DNA of 64,000 bases. Origin: a bacterium. GTDB taxonomy: Bacteria; Arandabacterota; Arandabacteria; Arandabacterales; JALGWA01. The notes beneath the pieces were generated by a model. The model made no database searches. It saw only the letters and a list, made by a program, of their open reading frames with translations, and had not been told where the DNA came from. A program made the translations under genes and the position numbers. This document shows, piece after piece, positions 18,593 to 29,100 of this stretch (position 1 is its first letter; each line of letters starts with the position of its first letter). The stretch spans positions 1,389-65,388 of the forward strand of contig JASFEA010000001.1 of NCBI GenBank assembly GCA_050125095.1, in the 5' to 3' direction.

Positions 18593-19447
18593 ATGAGGGG
18601 TCCACGAGGTTCGGCACTCGCATCACTCGCGATTATTATGGCGCTGACAGCCGCATCCTGTGGAATGCGGAGGACGTACACCGAACCCGGCGGGCCGGTG
18701 TATGAAGGTGACTTTCGCTCCGAGACGGCGGAGTTCTCGGGAACCGCCAAAGTCGTCTCCTATAACGTGGCCCTGGCCGAGCGAATCGATCTGGCGATTG
18801 CTGAACTGCGCGGATTCCCCGAGCTCAGCGGCGCCGACATTATTCTGCTGCAGGAGATGGACCCTGAAGGCGTCTCGGCAATCGCGGAGAGCCTCGGCTG
18901 CGAATACGTTTACTACCCCTCGGTTGTCCATGCAAAACACGGCAAGGAATTCGGGACGGCCATACTCTCAAAGCTGCCGATCATATCCCACAGAAAGGTC
19001 GTGCTTCCATATGAGGATCCCGTCCGAAAGTCACGCAGGGCCGTCACGGTCGCGGAGGTTGCCGCCGGAGTCAACAGGGTACTTGTAGTCAGCAGTCATA
19101 CGGAAAGCGCCCTGATGAATATTGACACCAGGGTGGCGCAGGCCGACTCGCTCGTCAGGAGCCTCATGAGCGAACACCGCTTCGCCATAGTGGGGGGCGA
19201 TTTCAATACGGTGTCACGGGAAGCCCTGGATGCCCTTGACGCCATGTTCTACTGGGTGGGCTTCGAGCGCGCCACCGCCGGAGTGGGCGCCACCGCCAGG
19301 TGGGGTCCGCAGGGAATAGTCGAGCTGGAGCTGGATCATATCTATGTCAAGGGATTCGACGTCCTGGAGTCCGGCAAAGTCTGGGAAGCCGACGCCAGCG
19401 ACCACAAGCCCATATGGGCCGTGCTCGAACTGCGCGCTCCAGATTGA
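18593..19447 (+). CDS. Endonuclease/exonuclease/phosphatase (EEP) family lipoprotein
   Basis: Lipoprotein signal ...LTAASCG from ATG 18593. EEP motifs: VVSYNV, LQEM, GGDFN, SDHKPIWAVL. The track ORF extends upstream to 18431. Confidence 0.7.
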   Translation: MRGPRGSALASLAIIMALTAASCGMRRTYTEPGGPVYEGDFRSETAEFSGTAKVVSYNVALAERIDLAIAELRGFPELSGADIILLQEMDPEGVSAIAESLGCEYVYYPSVVHAKHGKEFGTAILSKLPIISHRKVVLPYEDPVRKSRRAVTVAEVAAGVNRVLVVSSHTESALMNIDTRVAQADSLVRSLMSEHRFAIVGGDFNTVSREALDALDAMFYWVGFERATAGVGATARWGPQGIVELELDHIYVKGFDVLESGKVWEADASDHKPIWAVLELRAPD

Positions 19448-19520
19448 TCACCCCGCATGCCGCCTGCGCCCGTCCTCTCCGGTTCGCTCCAGCGGGCCGC
19501 GCACCTGAGACATGCCTTTC

Positions 19521-19539
19521 ACCCGCCGGCCGGCGGCGG
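19521..19539. terminator. GC-rich hairpin cccgccgg-cc-ggcggcggg between convergent genes
   Basis: Inverted repeat in the 95-nt gap between the 18593-19447 gene (+) and the 19543-22611 gene (-). Candidate bidirectional terminator. No strong U-run. Confidence 0.35.
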
Positions 19540-19542
19540 GCC

Positions 19543-22500
19543 CTAGAGTGCCGTCTTGAGCCAGCGGCCCAGCCATTCCTTGAAGCCGCCGTACCTCGGC
19601 ATCAGGTCTTGAAGTTCCTCGATGCTGTTGACCCAGGTGGTCGTGGAGATCATGCCCAGAAAGTCAAGATAGGCCAGCATGGCCCCCCGCTGGCCCACGA
19701 CATAAAGCACTTCGGCATCCATGAACTTGCCGCGGTAGTTCTGGTTGTGTGAGCCCAGAGTGAGGTATATGACCATTCTCTCTATTTCCGCGGGCGTGTG
19801 CGCCTGGAAGAAGGCCGTCGTGACCCTGCCGGTGTCGTCAGACAGCTCGTCCCGGAGGTCTTCTGTGCTAACATACTCGTCCCTGCGGCTCGTCTGCTCC
19901 GCTCTGGCCAGGAAGTAGCTGAGTATAAGCTCACGCCAGCCCTCAACTCCGAGTATCCCGTCAAGGGCTTCCTGGGACACGAAGAACTGCGTTTTGAGAT
20001 GAAGCTTGGGCTTCCGGTTCTCGACGTCGGCCACGAGGTAGACCGGCTCGTAGCCCTGGGCGACCAGGCGGTCGACTAGCTCATTGAGGACCCCGCGCAC
20101 GGACGGCTGGAAGGGCATGAGGTCGAGCAGCCAGGGGTTCTTCTTGAGCCCCTCCTGGACGCCCTCCGCATGAGCGATCTGGTTGCCGACGTCGACGTCA
20201 AGGTTGTAAACGCCTGTCCTGAAAAGCCCCCCGGCATGAGCTATGTCCTCTGCCATCTCCTCCTGTATCACCACAAACTTGGTGAAGAGCTCATTGGCGC
20301 GTGACATCTGGGGGACTCCGCTCGAGGGGGCGTTCTCGAGCGAAGGCGCGATCACGAGCACCTTGCATCCCCGGAAGGCGGCCCCGACGAGCATCCCTCC
20401 CCAGAAGGGGCTGTTCCAGAGGGAGTCCGGTATGTACATATGCGAGCCGGCTGGCATGAGATTGTACAGCACGGCCTTTACGAGGTTGGCGTGCTTGGGA
20501 TGGAGGTAGCCCGTGGCGTTGTGTGCCTGCATGGCTTGCTGAGTCCATCCCCGGGCAACCAGGTCCCCGACCATGTCAGTGTAATTGTCGGGCCTCCGAA
20601 TGGGGCGGAGGCAGGGAGGAATCTCACCCGGCTTGAATCCCTGCGAAAGGAGGACCTCTCGCGCCGCATGCTTGGTATAAACGGCGGCGGGCCCTCGAAC
20701 CAGCAGCGCCCTGTCGTCCCAGGTGGGCCCGGAGTAATGCTCGCCCACTCCCATCCCGGTGAACATTGACTCGCCGCGGCCGGGGTCGCGTTCGGTGACG
20801 TCGTAGAAACTTATCTTCCTGTGGTCCCTCATCACGTTGTCGGGCGCAAGCGGGAAGTAGTCAAAGAGATGGGAGGCCCTGAACGAAAGGTCCGAGGGGT
20901 TGGTGATATTCACATGCACTTTTATCTTGTTATAGAGCCAGTCCTTGCCGTATATCCTGAGTCCATTCTGCAGCTCTTCCGATTCGGCCACGGCCTTGCG
21001 CAATTCATCCTGTAGACTGAGTATCTCTTCTTCCCACCCCTCAAAGCCCCCGGGGAGGCTCATCCTGTGCCTAAGCGGGTCCGCGAGGAGCTCGAGCCAG
21101 AGCGCGCCGTCATTGACGGCGTAATAGAACTCGTCGATTATGATGATATATGTAGGTATTTTGCCCGTCTTATCGAACTCCCTGACCTTGTCGATGAGGG
21201 CCCGCATATATCCTTCAGTGGTCATGGCGTAGCCGACGGTGTCCGGCGTGCCGGCCGCGTTCACGCCCTTGTAGTCGTGAATCCAGAGGACGTGATAGTC
21301 CTCCGCCGCGTGTATCATGCGGTGGAGCTCCCACTGGAACTGCTCATTGATGATATAGTGAATGTCATTGCCCGTGGTCATCTCGGACTCGAGGAACTTC
21401 TCGAGAATGGCGTCAATCTCGCTCTGGGTGTCGTGGTCCTCAATTGTGAAAACGTAGTGGAGCGGCAGCCAGACCACCCGGGGCGTCCGCCAGAGCTTGC
21501 GCTGCCGGGCCCTGCTCTCATCCATGATCTCGATAAGGCGGTGAAAGACGTATTCGGCCGCCCTCACTTGCTCCCCGGGGAGGCCGGATGCCTCAAGCAG
21601 GTAATCGTGGAAGGCTTCTTCCGCCTCTGCCCCCAGTCCAAGCAGAGTGTCATTGGCCTTCCACTGGCCCAGGAGCCGGTTATAGGGAAGCACGACCTCC
21701 TCTAAGAGTATCTCCCTCGCCCTTACCGCGAGAGCGCTTCCGGCCTCTTCGCTGCCTGCGGCCAGGGTGAAGGCATGAATGAGGTTCCTGTGGTAGAACC
21801 GTATCTCGGCTTCGAAGGTGTGCCCCCCGGGGAAGTCCTCGTCGGTGGCGTAGTATTTCTCGCGGGCCTGAGCCAGCGCCTTCCGGAATTCAACGATGTC
21901 GCCCTCGTCGGAGCCGCGCTTGCGGTCGAGGAAAGGAGACGTGAAGTAGGTGATTTCTTCGGCTCCTTCGGAGATGTTGGCGAGCGCTTCCGCCAGTTCG
22001 GCCGACGGCCGGTATGGCTTCTCGAATGTGCGCCCGGGTTCGGGCGGCAGCGTCACATGGGCCAGCCGCGGCCGAGTCCTGCCCATATACGGCTGGCGGA
22101 GAGGCGTGACTATGCCGAAGTTATAGGACCTCCCGCGGCCTCCCGAAACGATGTCAAGCCGGAAGTCGCCGCCGCGCTGTATGGGCCCGCCCCTCCACAT
22201 GGGGAGCTGTATGTTCCAGATGAATCTCAGCGTCTCCTCCCTGAAGGAATAGTCCGCGCCGATGCCCAGGAGAAACGTCTTTACCGTGAAAAAACCGCGA
22301 AGGCCCCCGTCGGCTTCGGATTCTATCGCGGCGAGGTAAGCCTCGCCCATGAGGCCTATGCCCATGTTGGGATTTCCCAGGTCGCGGTAAACGCCCAGAA
22401 GGACCTCGCCGCCCCCGCGGGATTCCTCCTCGCGCCGGTCCCACTTGAGCATGGCCCCGGCGTAGGGCTTGTACTTGGAATGGAATCCCATGGACTTGAT

Positions 22501-22611
22501 TTCTTCGCCGCGCTCGGGCCAGCCGGCGTCATCCTGTCCGAATGCCGGCGCCGCCGCGCCGGCGACCAGTGAGGCTGCAAGAAGAACCGCCAGAGTTCCC
22601 GCTTTCTTCAT
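19543..22611 (-). CDS. Large secreted hypothetical protein (1022 aa)
   Basis: Signal peptide MKKAGTLAVLLAASLVAGAAAPAFGQ. Uninterrupted 1022-codon ORF with coding-like composition. No domain confidently recognised. Confidence 0.6.
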   Translation of the reverse strand: MKKAGTLAVLLAASLVAGAAAPAFGQDDAGWPERGEEIKSMGFHSKYKPYAGAMLKWDRREEESRGGGEVLLGVYRDLGNPNMGIGLMGEAYLAAIESEADGGLRGFFTVKTFLLGIGADYSFREETLRFIWNIQLPMWRGGPIQRGGDFRLDIVSGGRGRSYNFGIVTPLRQPYMGRTRPRLAHVTLPPEPGRTFEKPYRPSAELAEALANISEGAEEITYFTSPFLDRKRGSDEGDIVEFRKALAQAREKYYATDEDFPGGHTFEAEIRFYHRNLIHAFTLAAGSEEAGSALAVRAREILLEEVVLPYNRLLGQWKANDTLLGLGAEAEEAFHDYLLEASGLPGEQVRAAEYVFHRLIEIMDESRARQRKLWRTPRVVWLPLHYVFTIEDHDTQSEIDAILEKFLESEMTTGNDIHYIINEQFQWELHRMIHAAEDYHVLWIHDYKGVNAAGTPDTVGYAMTTEGYMRALIDKVREFDKTGKIPTYIIIIDEFYYAVNDGALWLELLADPLRHRMSLPGGFEGWEEEILSLQDELRKAVAESEELQNGLRIYGKDWLYNKIKVHVNITNPSDLSFRASHLFDYFPLAPDNVMRDHRKISFYDVTERDPGRGESMFTGMGVGEHYSGPTWDDRALLVRGPAAVYTKHAAREVLLSQGFKPGEIPPCLRPIRRPDNYTDMVGDLVARGWTQQAMQAHNATGYLHPKHANLVKAVLYNLMPAGSHMYIPDSLWNSPFWGGMLVGAAFRGCKVLVIAPSLENAPSSGVPQMSRANELFTKFVVIQEEMAEDIAHAGGLFRTGVYNLDVDVGNQIAHAEGVQEGLKKNPWLLDLMPFQPSVRGVLNELVDRLVAQGYEPVYLVADVENRKPKLHLKTQFFVSQEALDGILGVEGWRELILSYFLARAEQTSRRDEYVSTEDLRDELSDDTGRVTTAFFQAHTPAEIERMVIYLTLGSHNQNYRGKFMDAEVLYVVGQRGAMLAYLDFLGMISTTTWVNSIEELQDLMPRYGGFKEWLGRWLKTAL

Positions 22612-22789
22612 TACTGATTACTCCCTGTGTGAAATGCACGGAGGGTCCACGGTAGCCATTATCAGATGTCTTTATTGTATTCGCCGGGAGGTATATTTCA
22701 ACCTAAATCAACTGCGAATAATGTGGCAGGGCGAAGGGATGCGTTATAAGATATTGAATGACAGCCAAACAGACGATACGGAGGGCGGA

Positions 22790-24184
22790 ATGCCGAAAGC
22801 CAGGTTCATCTCGGTCATACTCTTAGTGCTTGCGCTTCTGTCGGGATGCGGTGCGGACCGTGGAAGCGACCTCGTCCTGGGACTCTGGGAGGGCAGGCTC
22901 CAGTACCCGGGCGTTGAAGTCAGAATAGTCTTCAAGATAGAGAAATCGCCGGTCGGGACTCTGACGGCGTTCCTCATGACCCCTGACCAGGATGACAGGG
23001 AAGTGCTGGCGAACAGGATCGTCTATCAGGACCGTGATATACACATCGAAGTCGCCACCGTCGCCGGGTCCTTCAACGGCACCGTACTCGAGTCGGACAA
23101 TGTGATAGAGGGCGTATGGACCCAGGCCCGAGTCACGCAGCCGCTTGTCCTGGCCAGGGTACCTGAGATTTTCAAGCACCCGAGGCCCCAGGAGCCGCGG
23201 CCGCCTTTCCCCTATGATGTCGAGGAGGTCGGGTTCGAGAACCGTGAAGCCGGAGCCGAGTTCGGCGCGACTCTCACCATACCGCTTGAGGGCAGGCCGG
23301 TGCCCGCGGCCGTCCTCATTTCGGGCGGCGGTGCCCAGGACAGGGACGCGACCATGCTGCGTCACCGGCCGTTTCTCGTGCTGGCCGATCACCTGGCCAG
23401 GAATGGCATTGCAGTGCTGCGATACGACGACCGCGGAGTGGGTGAGTCCACCGGCGACCGGTCGAAGGCTACGACCGGGGACTATGCGGGTGACGCCGCC
23501 GCGGCGCTGGCCTATCTCAGGTCACGTCCGGAGATCGACTCCGGGCGAATCGGCCTTATCGGGCACAGCGAGGGGGGGCTCATAGCGCCCATGGTGGCTG
23601 AGCGGCACCGGGATATCGCCTTCATCGTAATGCTGGCGGCGCCGGGCCTTCCCGGCGACGAGTACAACTACCAGTACGAGGAGTCGGCGGGAAGAGCTTT
23701 CGGGATGAGCGAGGACGTCATCGCGGCCAAGCGCGAGATGCAGGAGCGCATGTATGCGGTACTGCTTTCGGATGACAGCGACGAAGCCGCGGCACAGAAG
23801 ATAAGGGACATAATGCTGGAAATGGATCCCAACACCCCGCCTTCGAGGATGGAGAACGCGATTCAGAGGTTCATATCCCCGTGGTTCAGGTTCGCGCTCG
23901 CCTACGACCCCGGCGCCGCTCTTAAGAAGGTAAGGTGCCCGGTGCTGGCTCTTTATGGAGAAAAGGACATACAGGTTCCGCCAGAGGGCAACACCGACGC
24001 GGTCGAGCGCGCTCTCAGGGCGGGCGGCAACAGGGACTACCGGGTGGAGGTCGTCCCCGGTCTCAACCACATTTTCCAGACCGCCCGGACCGGCCTTCCG
24101 GACGAGTACGGCAAGATAGACGAGACCTTCGCGCCGGCCGCTCTGGACACGATTACCAGGTGGATCGTCGAGAGGGTGAAATAG
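22790..24184 (+). CDS. Alpha/beta hydrolase lipoprotein (S9/dienelactone hydrolase-like serine hydrolase)
   Basis: Lipoprotein signal LVLALLSGCGA from the ATG at 22790. Nucleophile elbow LIGHSEGG. A late GEKD...NHIF segment supplies the Asp/His. The track ORF extends upstream to 22469. Confidence 0.7.
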   Translation: MPKARFISVILLVLALLSGCGADRGSDLVLGLWEGRLQYPGVEVRIVFKIEKSPVGTLTAFLMTPDQDDREVLANRIVYQDRDIHIEVATVAGSFNGTVLESDNVIEGVWTQARVTQPLVLARVPEIFKHPRPQEPRPPFPYDVEEVGFENREAGAEFGATLTIPLEGRPVPAAVLISGGGAQDRDATMLRHRPFLVLADHLARNGIAVLRYDDRGVGESTGDRSKATTGDYAGDAAAALAYLRSRPEIDSGRIGLIGHSEGGLIAPMVAERHRDIAFIVMLAAPGLPGDEYNYQYEESAGRAFGMSEDVIAAKREMQERMYAVLLSDDSDEAAAQKIRDIMLEMDPNTPPSRMENAIQRFISPWFRFALAYDPGAALKKVRCPVLALYGEKDIQVPPEGNTDAVERALRAGGNRDYRVEVVPGLNHIFQTARTGLPDEYGKIDETFAPAALDTITRWIVERVK

Positions 24185-24197
24185 CCCTGCCGGCCTG

Positions 24198-26033
24198 TCA
24201 GTCTATGTAACCAATGGCTTTCAGCTTCCGGCGCAGTTCTTCCTGCTTTTCATCGAGGGCGGTGGGCTGGCTGCCCGGGTCCACCCAGAAGACCACCAGG
24301 TCCGCCGGGGTCTCGGCGAATACGCGGCCAAGGTCCCGACGGCCCACCCTGGCCTCATCCGGACGCAGCGTCACCGGGAACGAGAGTTCGCGCAGCTGGT
24401 TTCCCACCTGCGTCATGACTTTTCCGGAGCCCGTGACCTCTATGTCGAAGCCGGCCTCTGCAGCACCGGCCATGCGGAGTTCGACGCCTTCCCATGTCCG
24501 GCCGAGCTGGCTGCCGAAGGTTACAGTTCTTCTGTCAGGGGATGTCGCCAGGGCGTCGACATGACTGTCGACGTCCGGGAGTATATTGTGGCCGGCCGTC
24601 TCTATCAGGCCCGCCGGGATCTGGACGCTGCCTTCGATTCGGCCCCTCGCGTTCTGGTTTCTCCAGGCGATGCCCCAGCCCCCGGGGTAATATGACTCCA
24701 TGGCGGTCAGCAGGAGATCCACAAGCTGGTCCGCCATGTCCGGATTGGCGGGGGAGATGTCGCTGGTCTCCCGCGGGTCCGTATCGAGGTTGTACACCTC
24801 GGTTGACCCGAAGAAGGGATCGAATATGAGCTTGTATGGCGGACAGCGCAGGGCCTTCCTCTCGGGCCGGTGGGCAATGGACTCGGCCAGGTAGCATGAA
24901 TATGGAAGCCCGCCCGGGCGCAGGCCGTCCTCGCTGTTTTCGAATCTATCCGACATGAAGGGCATGAGACTCCTCCCCTCGAAGTGCCCGGGCACATCTA
25001 TGCCCGCCGATTGGAGGACGGTGGGGCCCAGGTCGATCAGGCCCACCTGCTCGGGCACCCTGCGGCCCGCCTCCACGCATGATGGAGCGAATACCACCAG
25101 CGGCACCCTGAGGCTCTCGTCATAAACCGTCTGCCCGTGGTCCAGGCTCCCGTGCTCCAGGAATTCCTCGCCGTGGTCGGCCGTGATTATTATCATCGCC
25201 CTGTCGAGCCTGCCCCAGGCCTCGAGCGAATCCACCAGCGCACCTATGGATGAGTCAGTGCGGACAATCTCGCAGTCGTAAAGCGCCTTGATATGCCGCA
25301 TGTCGCCGTCTGTGAGCCCGATCTCCGACAGCCTCCCTATTCTGGCCTTCTTGAGTATTCTCAATGATGAATCGCCGAACCTGAGGCGGTACTCCCCGTT
25401 ATATTCGGGATCGAAGCGGTTTATGCATGCGGCGCTGGCTCTGTATGGATAGTGCGTATCGTAATGGTGGACAAGGAGGAAGCACTTCTCCTCCCGCTGG
25501 CGGCGCAACCACTTTATGGCGGCCCCGGAGAGTTCCATTGCGGCGATTTTCTCAAGTACGTCTTTCGTGCCCCCGATCACATACGATTCATCGAAGCCCT
25601 GTTTGAGGCCGAGCGCCGGTTTGTAGAGTTCGGCCGTGCTCATTGCGCAGGTCTTGTAGCCGCTCGCGGCCAGCACTTCCACGAAAGTATTCTCGCCCGT
25701 CTTCAGGGGTACGTTCTTGCCCTCGCGCCTCCTTGCGCCGTGCTGGGACGGAAAGGTGGATGACAGCAACGTCGCCACCGACGGCAGCGTCCACGGCGCC
25801 TGCGAAACGGCGCCCTCAAACAGGGTTCCCCGGGCGGCGAGGTCGTCGATCCTGGGGCTTGTGTCGCGCTCGTAACCATAGCAGCCCAGGTGGTCGGGTC
25901 TCACGGCGTCCATTATGATGAGGATGACGTACTGGGGAGGACCGGAGCGCCCCCGGAGCAGGTAGGCGGCCGCGGTCACCGCCACGAGCGCGACCAATAT
26001 GAGCGCGATTACATGTGCTCTCCGCATGGGCAC
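24198..26033 (-). CDS. Sulfatase-like hydrolase/transferase (alkaline phosphatase superfamily, PF00884-type)
   Basis: N-terminal TM then YVILIIMDAVRPDHLGCYG (metal-binding Asp). The nucleophile region is APWTLPSVATLLSS, aligned to sulfatase APVCSPSRAALLTG. Thr sits at the Cys/Ser position, suggesting a phosphotransferase or LtaS/EptA-type chemistry rather than a formylglycine sulfatase. Confidence 0.7.
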   Translation of the reverse strand: MPMRRAHVIALILVALVAVTAAAYLLRGRSGPPQYVILIIMDAVRPDHLGCYGYERDTSPRIDDLAARGTLFEGAVSQAPWTLPSVATLLSSTFPSQHGARRREGKNVPLKTGENTFVEVLAASGYKTCAMSTAELYKPALGLKQGFDESYVIGGTKDVLEKIAAMELSGAAIKWLRRQREEKCFLLVHHYDTHYPYRASAACINRFDPEYNGEYRLRFGDSSLRILKKARIGRLSEIGLTDGDMRHIKALYDCEIVRTDSSIGALVDSLEAWGRLDRAMIIITADHGEEFLEHGSLDHGQTVYDESLRVPLVVFAPSCVEAGRRVPEQVGLIDLGPTVLQSAGIDVPGHFEGRSLMPFMSDRFENSEDGLRPGGLPYSCYLAESIAHRPERKALRCPPYKLIFDPFFGSTEVYNLDTDPRETSDISPANPDMADQLVDLLLTAMESYYPGGWGIAWRNQNARGRIEGSVQIPAGLIETAGHNILPDVDSHVDALATSPDRRTVTFGSQLGRTWEGVELRMAGAAEAGFDIEVTGSGKVMTQVGNQLRELSFPVTLRPDEARVGRRDLGRVFAETPADLVVFWVDPGSQPTALDEKQEELRRKLKAIGYID

Positions 26034-26085
26034 ATTGTAATCGGGGCCGCCTCCATAGTCAAGAGTGGCAGGGGGGGCGATATTT

Positions 26086-26094
26086 TGGTAGAAT
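26086..26094 (+). promoter_or_regulatory. Extended -10 promoter candidate TGgTAGAAT
   Basis: TG-N-TAGAAT lies about 70 nt upstream of the 26162 start. No good -35 is present, consistent with an extended -10 promoter. Confidence 0.35.
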
Positions 26095-26161
26095 AGAAGG
26101 TGGCAGCTTGTGTCTGCGTCCCGATACTGAGTGAATGATCGTGTTGTGAAAGGAGCACGAG

Positions 26162-29100
26162 ATGAACAGGGGTCTCACTCTCGGTTTAGTCATCGTTCTC
26201 GTATCCGCATTCTCCGCGGGAGCCGCGGCCGTAAAGCAGACCGCGCATGACCAGATGGTGATCGATCTGACCTTCGAAAGCGGCCAGTTCTCTTTCGATA
26301 AGGTCGACGGTTACGACCTTATAAGCGCCGACGGCATGGCCTGCCTTGCCGAAGAGGGCGCGCCCTCCCTGCCCAGGTATCCGGTGCATATCACGGTGCC
26401 ATACAATACCCGGGTAGAGCGGGTGCGCGTGGAAAGCGCGCATGAGGTGGAACTCGAAGACCGCTTCAATGTAATGGCGACTCAGCCGCCCACCGCGCTG
26501 GGCTCAGTGCCCGCGCGCTATGCGGACCCGGATCCGTCCATATACGGCGCCAATGCATATTATCCCTACCAGCTCCTCGGCGGAATTAAAGAAGGCTTCA
26601 TGGGCAACAGTCATGTAGTGAGTTTCTACGTGTCTCCGCTTCGCTATAATCCCATTACGCGCTCCATGATGCTGATAGATGAGATGACCGTGAGCATCTC
26701 GCTGGCTGACGCGAGGCCGGAGCGGCCCGTACGCCGCGTCGCCGGCAGCCGGGACCCGGTGGGGGAGACAGTGCGGGGCATGGTGTCGAACCCGCGAGAC
26801 GTAGACAGGTTCGCGCCCGATTTTGTCCCCGCGGCCGCTACTCAACTGCCGGCCGGCGACTTCGAATACGTCATAATCACCGTGGATTCGCTGGTCGCAG
26901 CTTTCCAGCCCCTGGTCGACTGGAAGACCGAGAAGGGCGTGCCGGCCACATGCGTGACGCTTGATTTCATCGAAGTCAATTACACGGGTGACAACACGGC
27001 CGAGAAGATCAAGGCATGCATTATCGACGCCTACGAGAACTGGGGGGCGGCCTATGTGCTGCTGGGAGGGGACACCGAGCTCATCACGGGCCGCTGGGCC
27101 TTTGCGATGGACTGCGAGATGGGCCTCACGGGCAACAGAATACGGGCCGACCTCTTCTATGGCGATCTGGACAATTACTGGAACGATAACGGCGTGGCTC
27201 CATACGGCGAGGTGGACGACAATGTCGACATGCTGCCGGACGTATTCGTGGGCAGGGCTCCGGCCGAATGCGTCGCCGAAGCGGAGACTTTCGTCGACAA
27301 GGTGCTTCTCTACGAAAAGAACCCGCCTTCCGACTACGTCCTCAAGATGCTGATGGCAGGAGAGGTTCTCTGGACGAACCCGTTTACGGACGCCGGAATC
27401 GGTCTCGACAGGATAGACGAGGAGTGCGTGCCGCCCAGGTTCGATCCCATCCTCAAGCTCTACCAGACCCTTGGCAACGAGTCGCCCGAGACCGTTATCG
27501 CGGCCATGAACGCAGGCCAGAACTTCATTATACACGACGGGCATTGCTATTACTACGTGATGGGGGCGGGCGACGGTTCCATTTACATTCCCGACGCCGA
27601 CAGCGTCACCAACTATCCCCGCAACTTTATTCTGACATCCATAGGGTGCTGGCCCGCGGCCATCGAAACCGACTGCATCGCCGAGCACTTCATGAACAAT
27701 CCAAACGGCGGATGCGTGGCCTTCCTGGGCAATTCCAGGTACGGCTGGGGATCTCCCGGGAATCCGGGTATGGGCTACTCGGACATCATCCAGCATGAAT
27801 TCGTGCGGCGGGTGTTCGTTGAGGAAGATGTTCACATAGGACATGCCCACGGACTTGCGAAGGCGCGCTATGTGCCTTTCGCCGCAGGCGAGAACGTCTT
27901 CCGGTACTGCGAGTACCAGTACAACCTGCTGGGCGACCCGGAGATGATGATGTGGACGGATGAGCCGCTGGCCTTCAGCGTCGACCTCCCCGGGAACGTA
28001 ATGGCTACGGGGGGCGGCCTGAGGGTCACGGTGAGCGACGCGGGCGGCGCCTGCGAAGGAGCGGTTGTCTGCGTTTCAAACGGCGCGGATGTCTATCTCA
28101 GAGAAAATACCGGCGTTTCCGGCTCGGTCGACTTCGCCGTCGATACCGCCAGCCCCGACTCGCTGCTTGTCACTGTGAGCGCCTACAACCACTTACCCTT
28201 CCAGGAGCGCGTCAATGTTGTGACGGCGGGCATACATCTGGCATGGACGGCATGCGACGTACTGGACGGCGCCGACGGGATGGCGAACCCGGGAGAGACC
28301 GCGGAGGTAGATGTCACGGTCAAGAACTTCGGCACGATAGACGCCGAGGGTGTCTCCGGCGTCCTGCGTTCCAAAGACATGGACTGCTCGGTGACAGACA
28401 GCGTCTTCTACTACGGCACCGTGGGAGCCGGCCAGGAAGTGCACTCCAACGGATTCGAGATCTCCCTGGGCGGCGGCCTCGAGAACGGAGACGTGGTTGC
28501 GCTGGAGCTCGCTCTGGAAGATACACTATCGAACGAATGGACCGTCCAGGTACCGGTCGTGGTCGCCGCGCCGGTGCTCGAAGTGGTTTCATACGGCATG
28601 GACGAAATCGTGGGCGACGGCGACTTCATAATCGAGCCCGGAGAGGAGATACTGATCACGCTGCAGGTGATGAACCGCGGTCTCACCTACTGCACGGCCA
28701 CCGCGACCGCCTCCACGACAGACCCCCATTTCTCGGTCACGGACTCGGTCACGGCGACGGGCAACATAGACGCAGGTTCAACGGGATTCTCGCTCCACAG
28801 ACTGGCGGTCACGGGCGGCGCTCCCGAGCCCCATGTCGGAGTGGTCACGGTCGACCTCGATGCTTCGGACGGCTCCGGCTTCACCGACAGCATATACGTC
28901 AACGTGGGCGACCTGTGGTTCGCCGACGACTGCGAGGCGGGAGACGGCAACTGGACAAGGGCCGGCTCACCGGACCTCTGGCACCTCTCGGACTACCGCG
29001 CCCATTCGGGGGATCACTCCTGGTACTTCGGCGTCGATTCCACCCACTATTATCCGCGGAACGCCGACGGCAGCATAACGTCGGTGAACTTCATGGCCGG

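Noticed and set aside
19543-22611. Phospholipase-D HKD motif (HLKTQ...GSHNQN) in the 1022-aa protein
   Set aside because: The His-Lys and GSxN pieces are about 75 residues apart instead of about 15, and the Asp is missing. The resemblance is judged superficial.
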